DNA from: Longimicrobiales bacterium
GTDB taxonomy: Bacteria; Gemmatimonadota; Gemmatimonadetes; Longimicrobiales; Gaopeijiaceae
Length of the DNA stretch: 64,000 bases
Assembly (NCBI GenBank): GCA_963664435.2
Contig: CAXXKM010000003.1
Coordinates: 384,001 to 448,000, forward strand
Reading direction: 5' to 3'
Shown here: positions 9,983-21,007 of the stretch, one piece after another
How positions within the stretch are numbered: position 1 is the stretch's first letter
Layout of the letters: each line of letters opens with the position of its first letter
Position numbers and translations under genes: made by a program
Notes under the pieces: generated by a model
What the model was told of the DNA's origin: nothing
What the model saw: only the letters and a program-made list of their open reading frames with translations
The model's database searches: none

Positions 9983-12900
9983 TTATTGGTGCCACGTCCG
10001 GAGTCTCGACAGACTATTTCGGTCGACTAGCCACACGCCGCCGGCTCTTGCCAAGTCTTGGGCGGGGGCTGTGAACCCTGCCGCGTTGCTGACAACCATC
10101 GGCCTTGGCTCCCCGATGACATCGTACTTGGACAGAGACGCGAGGACCTCCCGCACGGCACCAACGCCGCACTTGGCCTCGGGCTGCATGTGTTTGCACT
10201 GCACGACAATCGTGTGCGACGCGCCAGGCATGCGGGAATAGGCCAAGCCGTCAGCACCGCGGTCACCGCTCCGAGGAGTTTGTCGGGTCTCGTAACCAGC
10301 CGATGCCAGTTGTTGGAGAACCCAGGATTCGAAAGCTGTGGGCTCCAGCAGGTCGACGGCGGGTTGACCTTCGGGGCGGTCGTCACCGTCGGCTGACGCC
10401 TCGGTCATCGTGCTCTTGTAGAGGTCGCTGACGTCCGCAGGTGTTGCCGCAGCGGGCGCAAGGACTTGGCGATTCATCTCCCGCTTTCGTTCCATCAAGC
10501 TGTCGAGCTTCAGATCAAAGCTGAACTCGCCGAAACGAGGATGCTTCGCAAGCGGTAGGTAGACGTGAACAGTTCGCTCTTGGCCGATTCGGAAAGCCCG
10601 GTCCGTACACTGGTCCTCGACTGCCGGATTCCACCATCGCGAGAGATGGATGACGTGGTTCGCGGCCGTCAATGTCAGGCCAACGCCGCCCGCACGCGGC
10701 GATAAGATCATCACGTCAAACGCTTTCCGATTCTGAAACTTGTCAACGCGCGCCTTACGTGCCCGACCTGAAACCGCTCCATTGATGACGAGCACGTCCT
10801 CCCGGAGTTCAAACCGTCGCCGGAGCGCTCCGATGAGGAAGTCTTGCATTTGGCGAGATTCTACGAAGAGGAGCGCCTTTTCGCCCTGCGCTGCGATTGA
10901 ATCGAGAATCTTGAACGTCTCGGATAGCCGAGCGGATTCCGCGATGTAGTCGTCGATGTCTCCGTCGCCTGGAGCACGCGGATGCAGCGAGATGCTGCGA
11001 AGGTAATGGAGCGATTGGAGCATGCTGCGACGCTGCTGGGGATCCAACACGATGTTGGCGTACCGATTTGCTTGCCCTGACGGCATCTCGACTACCCGTC
11101 TGTGGACAAGCTCTTGGGGCAGTCTCGGGATCCGTTCTTCCTTGAGTCGGCGCAGCATGAGCGCCGGACCTGACTCCTCGCTCGGCTGCGTAAGAGCGCG
11201 ATGCAAATCAGGCAGTGAGGACGCCACGCCCGTCTCGCGCTCATAAAGCGCACTGAAGTCCTTCAGGGTTCCGAACCGCCCTGGCTCCGCGCGGTCGAGC
11301 AGCGACCAGATATCCGCCGGCCGATTCTCGACAGGAGTTCCCGTCATGAGAAGAGCAAAATCAATATCCATGGCCAACGCCGCCTCCGTGAGGCGTATGT
11401 TCGGATTCTTGATTTTTTGTGCTTCGTCGAGGATGCTTGCTCGCCACCGGATCCTGCCAAAGCTGTGTTGATAGTCGCGAAGAGTCTCGTAGGTGGTAAG
11501 CACCCAGTCCGCATCCTTCAGGATCTCGAGACGCAAGAGCGGTTGACCAAGAGCTAGCTCGCCGCCACGTCCAACCGGAGCACGCCTTCGCATTCGCCGC
11601 AAGGCGGCGCCATGGGCCTCAACGGCGCGGCCAAGCCCACGCCCGGACAAGTGCTTGTCGTGCTCATCCTGCCAGTTGCGGAGGAGTCCGGTCGGGGCCA
11701 CGACCAACATCGGCTGCGGCTCCAGCTTCTTCGCCCGTGCGTACGTTTGCAAACAGGAAAGAAACGCCAATGCTGTCAGCGTCTTGCCGAGCCCCATGTC
11801 GTCAGCCAGGAGTGCGCCCCAGCTCCCTGCGGCCCAGTGCGTGCACAGCCACGATAGTGCTTCCTCCTGATGCGGCATGAGCGAAGTACGGAGTACTGGC
11901 GCGACGTTCGCGATCCCCCGTTTCCGCCTTCTTCTCTGCCGCTCGAATCCGATCGCTTCAAGGTTGTCGATGACAAGTAGGACCTGGTCGGTATCGTCCG
12001 AATCCACCTTCTCGCGTGGTTCAACATCGAGCTTGGGGCGTTGAACCGGCGGCGATTTCCGAATCAGTTCGTCAATGGCCTCCAACGTGGTCGAGTTTGC
12101 GGGGATACTGGTGCCCTCGTCGACTTCCACCGTGGCATCGCCCCGCTCCATCGCAGCCTGTGTTCGCTCGCGAAGCGATGGCAGGTCATCGGCCGATATC
12201 ACCACGATCTGGGAACCGAACCGAAGTCCCAGTTGTTCTGGTGGCAGCCACGGTTCTGAAGCTCGCTTGATCCATGGAAGCGCTCTATCCTCCCAGATGC
12301 CGATGCCCCTGACGCGCTCGCTGAGTCCATCGTCGCTGAATACACGGTCAAGTTCGACCTCTGCATCCTCATCCGTGTCCAGCGCGCCACGCAGGTATCC
12401 CGAGACGTTGCGCAGGAAGTCTCGACGTTCGTTTGCGGTGCCACCTTGTGCACGTCGTACGGCGCGAAGAGACCGTTCTACCTCCGGAGTTAGTACGACA
12501 TAGGCGCTTCCTCCCACGGCATACCGATGCCTGACCCGGGATAGTCCGCGGAACTTCCGTGCGAATTGTTCTTGCGGAGCCGTTGGCAGGACTGGAGCGA
12601 ACACCTTTTCATCCTCTCCTACGTCCGTCGTTCGTGTTTCACGTCTACCGACAATGGGGTCGAAATCCGGTTCACCTTCCTCGTTAACGAAGGGATTCAG
12701 GGCAAAAGTTGAGGCAACGACGATCTTGAGTGAGCGCAGGTGTCGATTATCAACTACCGTGTCGTCCGGCAGCAGCTCGGCGATCTGCCCCCATCGGAGC
12801 ATTCGTGATTCGATATCCGTCCGACCAGTCCGGTTGAATTCATCGATGGCTTCTGTGATGGCGTACAGTGGGTCGAGCAACACAAAATCTTTTTCCCCAA

Positions 12901-13300
12901 CCCACAACCACGCACCCCTACGGTTTACACCCAGGATCCGCCGACCCTTTCCTATGTAGCCGTAGTGGATCTGGAAGTCTGCATCGTTGATCGAGCCGTC
13001 CGAGACGACTTCGAGTGCGAAGGGCATCGCGTCCGGGAGGCCGATGTACCGCAACTCCTTCGTCGTCAACCCAGCGACACCTCGCCATGAGACCAGCAAC
13101 GCCCGGCCGTTGTCGTGCTCGACAGCCTCCCCGTCGTCCCGAAGCCGCATCAATGCCCCCACGCCAGGTCCCTGCTTGTGCAGCGTCCAATCCTCCACCG
13201 GGCACGGCTGATGGCCGCTCCATTGGACGTGAAGACCGTCCAGCGTCGGTTCGAAAGCCAGGTTGCTCACGCCAGTCTCAACGGGGTGGCGAGGCTCCAC
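9983..13300 (-). CDS. zorD: Zorya type I ZorD: SNF2 ATPase with C-terminal Mrr-like nuclease
   Basis: LADDMGLGKT, DEAQKIKN, WWNPAVEDQCTDRAFRIGQ; C-terminal GDRGADG..VQCKH; last gene of operon. Confidence 0.9.
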   Translation of the reverse strand: MEPRHPVETGVSNLAFEPTLDGLHVQWSGHQPCPVEDWTLHKQGPGVGALMRLRDDGEAVEHDNGRALLVSWRGVAGLTTKELRYIGLPDAMPFALEVVSDGSINDADFQIHYGYIGKGRRILGVNRRGAWLWVGEKDFVLLDPLYAITEAIDEFNRTGRTDIESRMLRWGQIAELLPDDTVVDNRHLRSLKIVVASTFALNPFVNEEGEPDFDPIVGRRETRTTDVGEDEKVFAPVLPTAPQEQFARKFRGLSRVRHRYAVGGSAYVVLTPEVERSLRAVRRAQGGTANERRDFLRNVSGYLRGALDTDEDAEVELDRVFSDDGLSERVRGIGIWEDRALPWIKRASEPWLPPEQLGLRFGSQIVVISADDLPSLRERTQAAMERGDATVEVDEGTSIPANSTTLEAIDELIRKSPPVQRPKLDVEPREKVDSDDTDQVLLVIDNLEAIGFERQRRRRKRGIANVAPVLRTSLMPHQEEALSWLCTHWAAGSWGALLADDMGLGKTLTALAFLSCLQTYARAKKLEPQPMLVVAPTGLLRNWQDEHDKHLSGRGLGRAVEAHGAALRRMRRRAPVGRGGELALGQPLLRLEILKDADWVLTTYETLRDYQHSFGRIRWRASILDEAQKIKNPNIRLTEAALAMDIDFALLMTGTPVENRPADIWSLLDRAEPGRFGTLKDFSALYERETGVASSLPDLHRALTQPSEESGPALMLRRLKEERIPRLPQELVHRRVVEMPSGQANRYANIVLDPQQRRSMLQSLHYLRSISLHPRAPGDGDIDDYIAESARLSETFKILDSIAAQGEKALLFVESRQMQDFLIGALRRRFELREDVLVINGAVSGRARKARVDKFQNRKAFDVMILSPRAGGVGLTLTAANHVIHLSRWWNPAVEDQCTDRAFRIGQERTVHVYLPLAKHPRFGEFSFDLKLDSLMERKREMNRQVLAPAAATPADVSDLYKSTMTEASADGDDRPEGQPAVDLLEPTAFESWVLQQLASAGYETRQTPRSGDRGADGLAYSRMPGASHTIVVQCKHMQPEAKCGVGAVREVLASLSKYDVIGEPRPMVVSNAAGFTAPAQDLARAGGVWLVDRNSLSRLRTWHQ

Positions 13301-13337
13301 AGGCGATCAACGGGTCCTCGGTGTCGAGCGAGAAACA

Positions 13338-14879
13338 TCACCGCCGCCAATAGTACGAGCTTCCGTATTGTCGCGACTTGCGCATGCCGGCACGACTCCT
13401 TGGTGAAGAAGACGGAAACGCTCGCAGCTCACGAGGAAAGTAGAGGTTCCTGTCGACGGTGAGGTCTGTATTGTCCCGTAGCCAACGTGCGATCGCGTCC
13501 TGCCAGCGTCCGGCTTGGCTGCCGTCATGTCTTTGTGAGTGAGCCCCGTATTCCTTGGGATACGGGTACGGGCGCCTGACCTGGTGGGCATGATACTTCC
13601 GTTCGTAGAGCTTGGGCGCACCAGGCATTCCGTCGAGCCACATGTGGCAAGAGCCGCTATGGCTCCATTCAGCGATGACGACACCCGGCATGCGAAGGAG
13701 GAGGACCGACTGATCCGACTGGGCTCCTTGGAGTTGTCCGGTAGTCTGGAGGGCAGGTCGGTCACGGTTCATGTTTCTGAGAAGGCGCGCAGCACCCCGG
13801 CCGAGCGCGAACCAAATGTCATCGATCAATCCCTCCTCAAGGAACGCTCTCCAGAACGCTGCCCGGTACCGCCAGTGCTGGTCGTAGGCAGTTTCCTCTA
13901 GAAGCATGAAAAACTGCTCCAGGACACGTTCGACCAGCCATCGGATCATCACTCGCCGCACGGTATCCGGAACGCCGAACCACTTGTGTTTTCCCGAGGG
14001 AAGGCGCGGATCACGATAGTGCCGGAGGAAGAAGGACTGCAGAGATTCCTTACTCTCAGGAGGCGGTGAACGTTCGGCAAATGGGCCCAGCAATGCCGTG
14101 GCGATTTCCTCGCGAGTAGTCCCTTCGTCAAAGCGAAGCTTGCCCTCGAATTCGAGGAGTGTCAGCAGCCGCCGGAGCTGGCCATTGTCGAGTGCGTTCT
14201 GCGTCAGTTGCCTGCTACAGGTTGGGAGCGCGGTACGGATTCCGGATTTCAAGAAGCGGCTGCGCGAGAGTCCGGCATCGAATCCAGCTTCCTTCAGGTG
14301 GTCGTTACACCGCACGGTAGCTGACAAGTAATCTTGGACGAATCCATGCCCCCTGTCTGCATCGAGGAGCCGGAAAGTCCTGCAACGCTCCTGCCACTTC
14401 CGCACCGACGGCAACGGAGCCCGGCGGCTGTCCTCAAGGGATCTTCGCAGGAACCTCCGTAGATCGTGGAAGGTTCGTAGATCGGTTGGGTACACGCGCA
14501 GGAACTCGTGTAGCAGAGCCAACGAAGACCGTGTTCTCCGGCCATTGAAGAGCCAGCCGATGTACTTCCGTACCAGTCGAGAGTCTGCTCCAAACCAGCG
14601 GTTGGAACGCCAATCCGGCGGATAGAACAAGACCCAAGGGAGTTGTCTGAGGTCTCGGGGACTGATCCTATCAAGCGAGTTGTCCCGAGCCCACGCACGT
14701 CCTACTCGCAGGTGCAGCTCTTGAAGGTCGTAGCGGGATGGCTCCTTGGGCTGCACATCCTGAAACAGTTTCGTCGTCTCACGGGCCGCGCGAGAAGTGA
14801 AACTCGGCTGGAATGCGGATCCCACCTTCGGGAACCCCGTCCAGTGCGTCAACGAATCCTTTAAGGACTTGGCTCTCAT
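13338..14879 (-). CDS. zorC: Zorya ZorC (EH-signature domain)
   Basis: RDPRLP..W, WRYRAAFW, IAEWSHSGSC motifs; 4-nt overlap with zorB. Confidence 0.88.
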   Translation of the reverse strand: MRAKSLKDSLTHWTGFPKVGSAFQPSFTSRAARETTKLFQDVQPKEPSRYDLQELHLRVGRAWARDNSLDRISPRDLRQLPWVLFYPPDWRSNRWFGADSRLVRKYIGWLFNGRRTRSSLALLHEFLRVYPTDLRTFHDLRRFLRRSLEDSRRAPLPSVRKWQERCRTFRLLDADRGHGFVQDYLSATVRCNDHLKEAGFDAGLSRSRFLKSGIRTALPTCSRQLTQNALDNGQLRRLLTLLEFEGKLRFDEGTTREEIATALLGPFAERSPPPESKESLQSFFLRHYRDPRLPSGKHKWFGVPDTVRRVMIRWLVERVLEQFFMLLEETAYDQHWRYRAAFWRAFLEEGLIDDIWFALGRGAARLLRNMNRDRPALQTTGQLQGAQSDQSVLLLRMPGVVIAEWSHSGSCHMWLDGMPGAPKLYERKYHAHQVRRPYPYPKEYGAHSQRHDGSQAGRWQDAIARWLRDNTDLTVDRNLYFPRELRAFPSSSPRSRAGMRKSRQYGSSYYWRR

Positions 14880-15760
14880 CGTTGCCTCCCACCAACTCGC
14901 TCACGAACTTCAGCCTGAATGTCGGACTCGTCCGCTGCGAGTGCGTCTCTGGGTGGTTCCAGGAGGAAACGCAAGTCGATGCGGCGGTTATCATCCGAGC
15001 GTTCCGGGTCGCGCGTCGCCGGCCGAGTGTTTCCGTACCCGCTGGTGCTAAGAATGGCGTAACCATCGCTGTTCAGCAGATTCTCCACCCCTGGTTCGCA
15101 GGCCGTGATCATCCGATGGACGGTGGCTGCCCGCATCGACGACAGCTCCAGGTTGTCTCTGAATCGCTGGCCGGCCGCGACCGGCACATGGTCGGTATGG
15201 CCCTCGATCAACAACGTCTCGAGTAACCAGGGGTATTGTCGCTCGCGACAATCGTAGGCATACGGATCGGCAGCCATCTCACAGTAGGCCGGGTCGCCGC
15301 CGTCACCACCCGCCATCGTGTCGAGGGCATGCCGTGTTGAGAACGTGTTGTCCTCGGGGACATAACAGGGGACAACTTCGGCGATGGCCCTGGCTACGCG
15401 CCCGACGTTGACGCGATGGTCGATGATCGGAGTTTCGCTCCCGGATGGGAAATTGATGGAATTTTCCGATAGCCGCAGTACGCCTTGGTCCAGCAACACC
15501 TCGACACGGATCTCAGATCTCTCAAGCCGATCGGCGATTGCCGTGAGTATTCGAGCGCGCGTCTCGTCCGCTGCCCTCAGTTCTTCGGTGACGCTGGCTT
15601 GTTCCTCTGTCGCCGTCGCGAGCTGGTACGCGAAAATCGCAAGCATGATAATGAACACAAAGATGAACGCGGACACCAGATCGCTTACGGTGGCAAGATA
15701 ATTCTGGCCACCTTGACTCTGGCCCGTACCCGAAGACGGTCGCCATTCGCCCGTTGTCAC
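14876..15760 (-). CDS. zorB: Zorya ZorB (MotB-like TM helix + OmpA-like peptidoglycan-binding domain)
   Basis: VSDLVSAFIFVFIIML TM with conserved Asp; IEGHTD, NLELSSMRA, NRRIDLRF. Confidence 0.92.
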   Translation of the reverse strand: MTTGEWRPSSGTGQSQGGQNYLATVSDLVSAFIFVFIIMLAIFAYQLATATEEQASVTEELRAADETRARILTAIADRLERSEIRVEVLLDQGVLRLSENSINFPSGSETPIIDHRVNVGRVARAIAEVVPCYVPEDNTFSTRHALDTMAGGDGGDPAYCEMAADPYAYDCRERQYPWLLETLLIEGHTDHVPVAAGQRFRDNLELSSMRAATVHRMITACEPGVENLLNSDGYAILSTSGYGNTRPATRDPERSDDNRRIDLRFLLEPPRDALAADESDIQAEVRERVGGRQR

Positions 15761-15762
15761 CC

Positions 15763-17514
15763 CTACCTCCCTAGATGTGCTGTCAAGTCTTCGATGGACT
15801 GGCTGAGTTCATGCGTAGCTCCGCCTAGCTCCTGGATGGTCTTGGAGGTCGTCCGATCCAGTTCGTTGGCAAACTCCTTCACCTGCTCACAATAGCCCGA
15901 TAACCCCTCGTCGATTTGCTGGAAGACCAAGGCAAGAGAGCTGTCGATCCCTTCGAAGCGGTCCTGGTATCGGGTCCAAGCCTCCGTTACTTCGGATTGG
16001 TGCTCCTCCAGCTTATTGACGCTCGAATCGATCCGGTCGACTAGCGCATTCGTACTTGTCACGGCATTGGCTGTCCTGTCGCTGGCTTCTTCGATCTCTC
16101 GAGCCGCTCGCGCGATCGGCGCTGCCGCGTCTGCTATCCGTCTCTGTGACATATCAATCGTCTCGCGAAGGACGTTGATTCGGTCGACAAACGTCGTCAT
16201 GTCGGCCAGAACTCGTTCGCTCTGCCGCGTGGACCGGTCAAGGCTTGCGGCTGCACCCTCCAGCCCGCGCAGCGAACCGGATATCCGGGAAGCAGCGTCG
16301 ACGGCCGACTCAGCGAGGTCGTTCGTCGCTGCCCCAACTGTCTTCTCCAGTTCTGCGGCAGCGGCGTGGCTCGACGTTGCAAGCTGGTCCGCCAATTGCG
16401 AAGAAGCCGTCGCCATCTCTTGGGCCACCGCTTGAAGCGATCGCTGTAGGGTCTCCGTCATCGCGCTCGCGCCAGCGTCCATGGATGTCGTCACGGTCGC
16501 CACGACCTCATCGAGCACCACCTTTATTTCGCGCTGCGACTGCGCCATTCCATCCGCTGACTCCTTCAGCGTGCGGTTCAAATCAGTGATGATCGAGGCC
16601 ATCTCCTCAAACTGCGATCCGGTACGTTCCTGCATAGCATCGGTGAACTGGCCAAGCACCTGCTCGATCATCCGCCCGGCGTCGCTTGATCGATCGGCGC
16701 GAAGTTCTTGTACTGCCTCTACCAGGCGGTCGAGCTGTGGCGACAGCCTACCGGCGATCTTCTCTTCCAGAGCCTGTTCGAGGGAGAAGATCAGATCGGT
16801 GTTGAACATTTCAAGTTGGTGGGTCGCGCGCTTCGCCTGTTCGAGCTGGTCCAGAGCGACTCCCTCCGAAGTGACCCTATTCACACAGGACTCGATTGAC
16901 TTGACCCAGTCATCCACCGCGAGATGAAGCTTGCGGGATACGCGCCGTTCGAAGAAGACGAAGATCATCGAAGACGAGATACCGACGACGGAGGTTACGA
17001 ACGCCAGAGAAGCACCGCTCAGTAGCTGTCGCAGGGACTCGGTGACTTGGACGGAGTCCCCGGAAGTAAGACCGGCACTCGCTGCTCCGACACCGGTCGC
17101 CAGTCCGGCGAAGGTGCCGAGGATTCCGAAGCCGGTTAGCAGATTGGGGACGGATCGGTAGAAGTCGAACGAGATCTTGGGGAAGATGATGCTCGTATCG
17201 TTCAGATAGCGGGAGACCGACTGCGTGTTCCGGATCGGCTCATCGGAGCCTGTGGGAAGCACCAGTGTCTCGACGAATTCCTTCCAGGGAGTACCGAAGC
17301 TCTCCTCCATCCTGGAATCGTAGCGTTCGAATTCATTGGCAAATCCTGATTCGCCACCGAACCCGTCGATCTCCTTTTTGCAATCCTTGAGCTTGGAACT
17401 CAGCGGGCGGGCTTCAAACCACGTCAGTTTGCCGATGCAAACCACGAGGAAGGCCCCGATCCCAGCGCAGTACGACCAGACGAAGATGCTCGTGAGAAGG
17501 ATGTCGAAGGTCAT
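15763..17514 (-). CDS. zorA: Zorya ZorA (MotA/ExbB-like TM region + long helical tail)
   Basis: PNLLTGFGILGTFAGL and AFVTSVVGI motifs followed by long coiled-coil-like tail; start ATG 17514 (frame open to 17580). Confidence 0.92.
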   Translation of the reverse strand: MTFDILLTSIFVWSYCAGIGAFLVVCIGKLTWFEARPLSSKLKDCKKEIDGFGGESGFANEFERYDSRMEESFGTPWKEFVETLVLPTGSDEPIRNTQSVSRYLNDTSIIFPKISFDFYRSVPNLLTGFGILGTFAGLATGVGAASAGLTSGDSVQVTESLRQLLSGASLAFVTSVVGISSSMIFVFFERRVSRKLHLAVDDWVKSIESCVNRVTSEGVALDQLEQAKRATHQLEMFNTDLIFSLEQALEEKIAGRLSPQLDRLVEAVQELRADRSSDAGRMIEQVLGQFTDAMQERTGSQFEEMASIITDLNRTLKESADGMAQSQREIKVVLDEVVATVTTSMDAGASAMTETLQRSLQAVAQEMATASSQLADQLATSSHAAAAELEKTVGAATNDLAESAVDAASRISGSLRGLEGAAASLDRSTRQSERVLADMTTFVDRINVLRETIDMSQRRIADAAAPIARAAREIEEASDRTANAVTSTNALVDRIDSSVNKLEEHQSEVTEAWTRYQDRFEGIDSSLALVFQQIDEGLSGYCEQVKEFANELDRTTSKTIQELGGATHELSQSIEDLTAHLGR

Positions 17515-17811
17515 CAGGGAGAAGCTCGGGAGGAGAGGGGATCGCAGACTAGTGGTGACACAACCGGTGCAGGATACCACGTGAACTTCGGGACCGCCAT
17601 CGCGACTCGCCCTTAGCCGAACAGGACGCTTCTCCAGAATCGCAACCGCTCTGCCAAGGGCACCGCCCCGTCGCGAGTCCCTACTCGCAATCTATTCCGA
17701 TCATCGACGCAGTCGAGCCGGAGTTCTGAAGCCCAGTCGGGCTGACGAACCCGAGGATGTCACAGGATGCGAGCGGCAGCCTGGTCCTGGTGACCTCTGT
17801 CTGATCCGGTC

Positions 17812-18885
17812 TCAGCTCGCCGACGCCTCCCGGTAGGCGTCGGTCAGGGCCTTGAGTAGCGCGGGGGTGATGGCCGTGGCGGAGCTCCCCTTTCCGATCT
17901 CCTTTCCGTTGATCCGTTCGACCTTGGCGATCGCGTTTGGCGCCCGCCTCTCGAATACTGACCGCCAAAGGGACAGGGATGGCTTCCCGTTGTCGTTCCA
18001 GATCGTCACCAGACCGGCCCTCTCCGTCGTGAACCTTGGGAGGAGAGTAAACCGGTCGCCATTCTTGCCCCGGTAGGTATAAAGGCAAACACCAGGCAGG
18101 TCCGCCAGCTCATCCGCCCAGCGCAAGAGCCGGCGGAATACTTGCCGATCTGCTTCTTCTGCCGCTGCCAAGGAAGCCTCAAACACCTCAGCGCCATCCG
18201 AGAGGACGCCTTGCGCAGTGGCGCGCGGCTTCATCGGTGAGTCGGCGGCGTTGGCGTCCAGGTCGAGCGAAACCCTTTGGGGCAGTGCGATTTCAGCACC
18301 ACCCATCGCAAACCGCGAAACAGTGATCAGGTCGATCGTGATGCCTTGTCTCGTCACGGCATCCAGGTAGGCGACGATTCTCTCCAGCTCAACCGAGGTT
18401 TCGTCCAGCAGTAGCACGAGTCGAAATGCCCCGCTGGACAGGTAGTCCTGCATGGCTGGCACGAATGCATCCGCGTCTACTTCACTCTGTTGATCCTGCG
18501 CTTGAACGGCCTCCAGAATCGACCCGTGGCCCTGCGTCTGGAGATACCCGCGCAACGGGCCGCGCTCCAAGTCCTCCACCTTCGATCCCCGGAGCCACGC
18601 GGCGTAGGAAAGCGCCTGAGCAACGATCGCCCGCCTGGCTTCGGCGTTCTTCGCAAGCTTGACTTCGATGATGACCGGGCGCCCCGACATCTCCACCGCC
18701 AACAGGTCCGCCCAGCCGGAACCCAGAGAGACCTCACTCCCGAGGACGACGAGGTTCGGAGAACCCGCCAACGGCAGCATGTGGATGTTTTCCTCGGCGA
18801 GTCCGTGGAGTTCCTTCTCCAACCCGAACTTCTGCGACGCTGCCGTCTTCCAGCCGCCGCTGCTCTTGACCCAGATTCCGCTCAT
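17812..18885 (-). CDS. NucS/DUF91-like PD-(D/E)XK nuclease domain protein
   Basis: EKELH..ADLLAVEMSGRPVIIEVK..QALSYA. Confidence 0.7.
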   Translation of the reverse strand: MSGIWVKSSGGWKTAASQKFGLEKELHGLAEENIHMLPLAGSPNLVVLGSEVSLGSGWADLLAVEMSGRPVIIEVKLAKNAEARRAIVAQALSYAAWLRGSKVEDLERGPLRGYLQTQGHGSILEAVQAQDQQSEVDADAFVPAMQDYLSSGAFRLVLLLDETSVELERIVAYLDAVTRQGITIDLITVSRFAMGGAEIALPQRVSLDLDANAADSPMKPRATAQGVLSDGAEVFEASLAAAEEADRQVFRRLLRWADELADLPGVCLYTYRGKNGDRFTLLPRFTTERAGLVTIWNDNGKPSLSLWRSVFERRAPNAIAKVERINGKEIGKGSSATAITPALLKALTDAYREASAS

Positions 18886-19423
18886 GTGTCGTCGCCCTTT
18901 TCCGTGCTGCCGAAACCAACAGGAATCAAACTGGTGCGGCAAGAGTAAGACGGAGCGGTCGTACCTGCGGAGGTTGCGGTGTTCGTAACCGTGCGCGACG
19001 GGATTGCCGCAACCGGCGACGCAGTCGCGCTCCGCAACGCTATCAGATCTTCCTACCATCGGGAGTGGTACGGAAGCGGTCGCGGACCGTCGGTCACACC
19101 AGCTCTCCTCGATCACCCCACCGCTTCTCGAACTCGCGAAGGCGCCGCCGGGTTTCCGCGTCCGGACTGATGATGAAGAACGTCCGGTTGCTCACCCGGC
19201 GCCAATAGTCGGCCAAGGTGCCGTCCGGAAGTTGGCTCTTCCACCAAGAGATCTCAGCGCGATGGCCACCCCGGCGTCTGGGGCGTGAGTGCTGTAGTAA
19301 CCCAAGAGGGGCAACCATAACGTAACGGCATGCGGTGTCAGGTTGGCATCTTTCTGTGAGCGTTAGAGTTATGGAATTGGAAGGCCGGATTCCCGCTATT
19401 TGACTCCCGCCGAATGGCGAGCC

Positions 19424-20302
19424 TCAGCCGCGAGGTCTCGGACGGGCTTCCAGTGCCTTCCGAAGCTGTCCCTCGTCGGCTCGCTGATAACACTGGAGCA
19501 CCGTCTTGGCGGTCTTCCGGCCTCCGAAGTCGCAGAGGACCTTGAGCGGCAGGTCCATGAGGTCGCTGGCGAACTTGCGCCGCAACGAGTGCCAGCCCCG
19601 CCCACGCCTGGGTTCGAGTCCCGCGAGCTTCTGGGCTCGGTTCCACCAGAAGCGCACCAGCGTCCGGCCCGCGCACCGCGACGGATCTCGTGGTGCGGGG
19701 AGCACCGGAGCAACCTCGATCCCGGCGCTCCGCTCTCGCGCCTGCTCAAGGACGGCGACCGCCTCGGCCGTCATCGGAGTCCGGTGTTCGTAGCCTGTCT
19801 TCTCGTGTTCGGCCCTCCACCGGATGGCTCGGGCTTCAAGGTCGATATCCGACCACCTGAGGTGGCGGATGGCCCCGATTCGGTGCCCGGTCTCGTGCGT
19901 CAGCACGAGCGCGACGTGAAACCGCCAATCGACCTCCCGGGACACCCCGAGAAGCGCCTGGTATTCCTCTTCGGACAACACGACCCGGGTCGGGTTCTTT
20001 TCAGTGGGCGTCTTCAGACCCTTCAGCGGGTTCGAGCCGAGGAGCAGCCGGCCCTCCTCGTCCTTCGACTTGCCGGCCCAGTTGAACACGGCGATCAGGA
20101 ACTTCAGATCGTGTTCGATCGTCGCGTCGGACACCGGTTTGCCGCTCGCTCCGACCTTGCCCGCGCGCCGCGCCCGGATGAACCGGTCCCAGTCGCGCCG
20201 GGAGAGCGTTGAAGGCTTGCGGCCTCGTCCGAAGAACCCGAGGAACATCCTCGTCGCGGCCCGGTCGGCCCGCTGGGACGCCTCCGCCTTGGTGGGCGTC
20301 AC
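19424..20302 (-). pseudogene. Tyrosine recombinase/integrase, probably 5'-truncated
   Basis: ETGHRIGAI, HSLRRKFAS, QCYQ catalytic motifs; begins mid-domain (YGEEVTPTK). Confidence 0.75.
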
Positions 20303-20524
20303 CTCTTCACCGTAGGGAAGGTCGCGGCATCGAGGCTTCTCCGGCAGTCGCGGCCCGACCGATGCGCTACCTTCCCGGGGCGGGTTTGTACGCGCGCGAT
20401 CCGCTCCAGCCCTGAGGGCGCGGTCACGGCTTGCGGGGCAGTTGCGGTCGCCGACCGGGCGGGTGAGCGGCTGATCGCCGTTTGATGGCGTGACACGGCC
20501 CCGCGCTTGCGGGGTTTCCGTGGA

Positions 20525-20577
20525 GCCAGATGTGTTTTCGCTTCACGAAAACCTCTGGCCGGGGGGTATCCCCCCGG
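20525..20577. other. oriT-like inverted repeats upstream of mobC remnant
   Basis: GCCAGA-TGT-GTTTTCG-CTTCA-CGAAAAC-C-TCTGGC, then CCGGGGGG-TAT-CCCCCCGG. Confidence 0.45.
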
Positions 20578-20624
20578 ACCCCCGAACGACATTCCGCGCG
20601 CCACCCAAAGGAAGGCCGCCCGTC

Positions 20625-20714
20625 ATGGTTCGTCCCCGGAAGCCCGAGGCCGAACGCAGGACCCGCACGATCGGCGTGCGCGAGGAGCAGGCCTCCATGC
20701 GCTTGAGATCTTGA
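20625..20714 (+). pseudogene. MobC-like relaxosome protein N-terminal remnant
   Basis: MVRPRKPEAERRTRTIGVR then early stop. Confidence 0.5.
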
Positions 20715-20887
20715 CCTCCGATCGGCCGGGGGTCGGTGGCGTACCGCGCGTGCACATCGACATCGGGGTGCATGTGCACGGAATCCACCGCGTCCATGTG
20801 CGCGGGCAGGGGCTCCGTATGTCGCTGCCCGCGTTGCGGTTGTACCACGGCCGCACGAACGGCGGTGCCGTTCCAGAGTGTGCGGCC

Positions 20888-21007
20888 GTGGCGGGAGCGA
20901 CCCCGCCCTTCGGGTGCCTGGTACGGCACGGCGACGTTCAGGATGTGCACGGCCTATCCCAACCTCGCCTGGGGTCGCTCCCGGTCCATCAATCCCATGC
21001 GGGAAGG
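20888..21007 (-). repeat. Structured ~120-nt element, copy 1
   Basis: CCTTCC..GGAT..TGG..GGAGCGACC...GTCGCTCC.GCCAC shared with 45311-45429 and 45575-45694. Confidence 0.7.

Noticed and set aside
20543..20950. Possible relaxase fragment (His-rich ORF)
   Set aside because: No convincing HUH or MobV motif; overlaps the structured repeat
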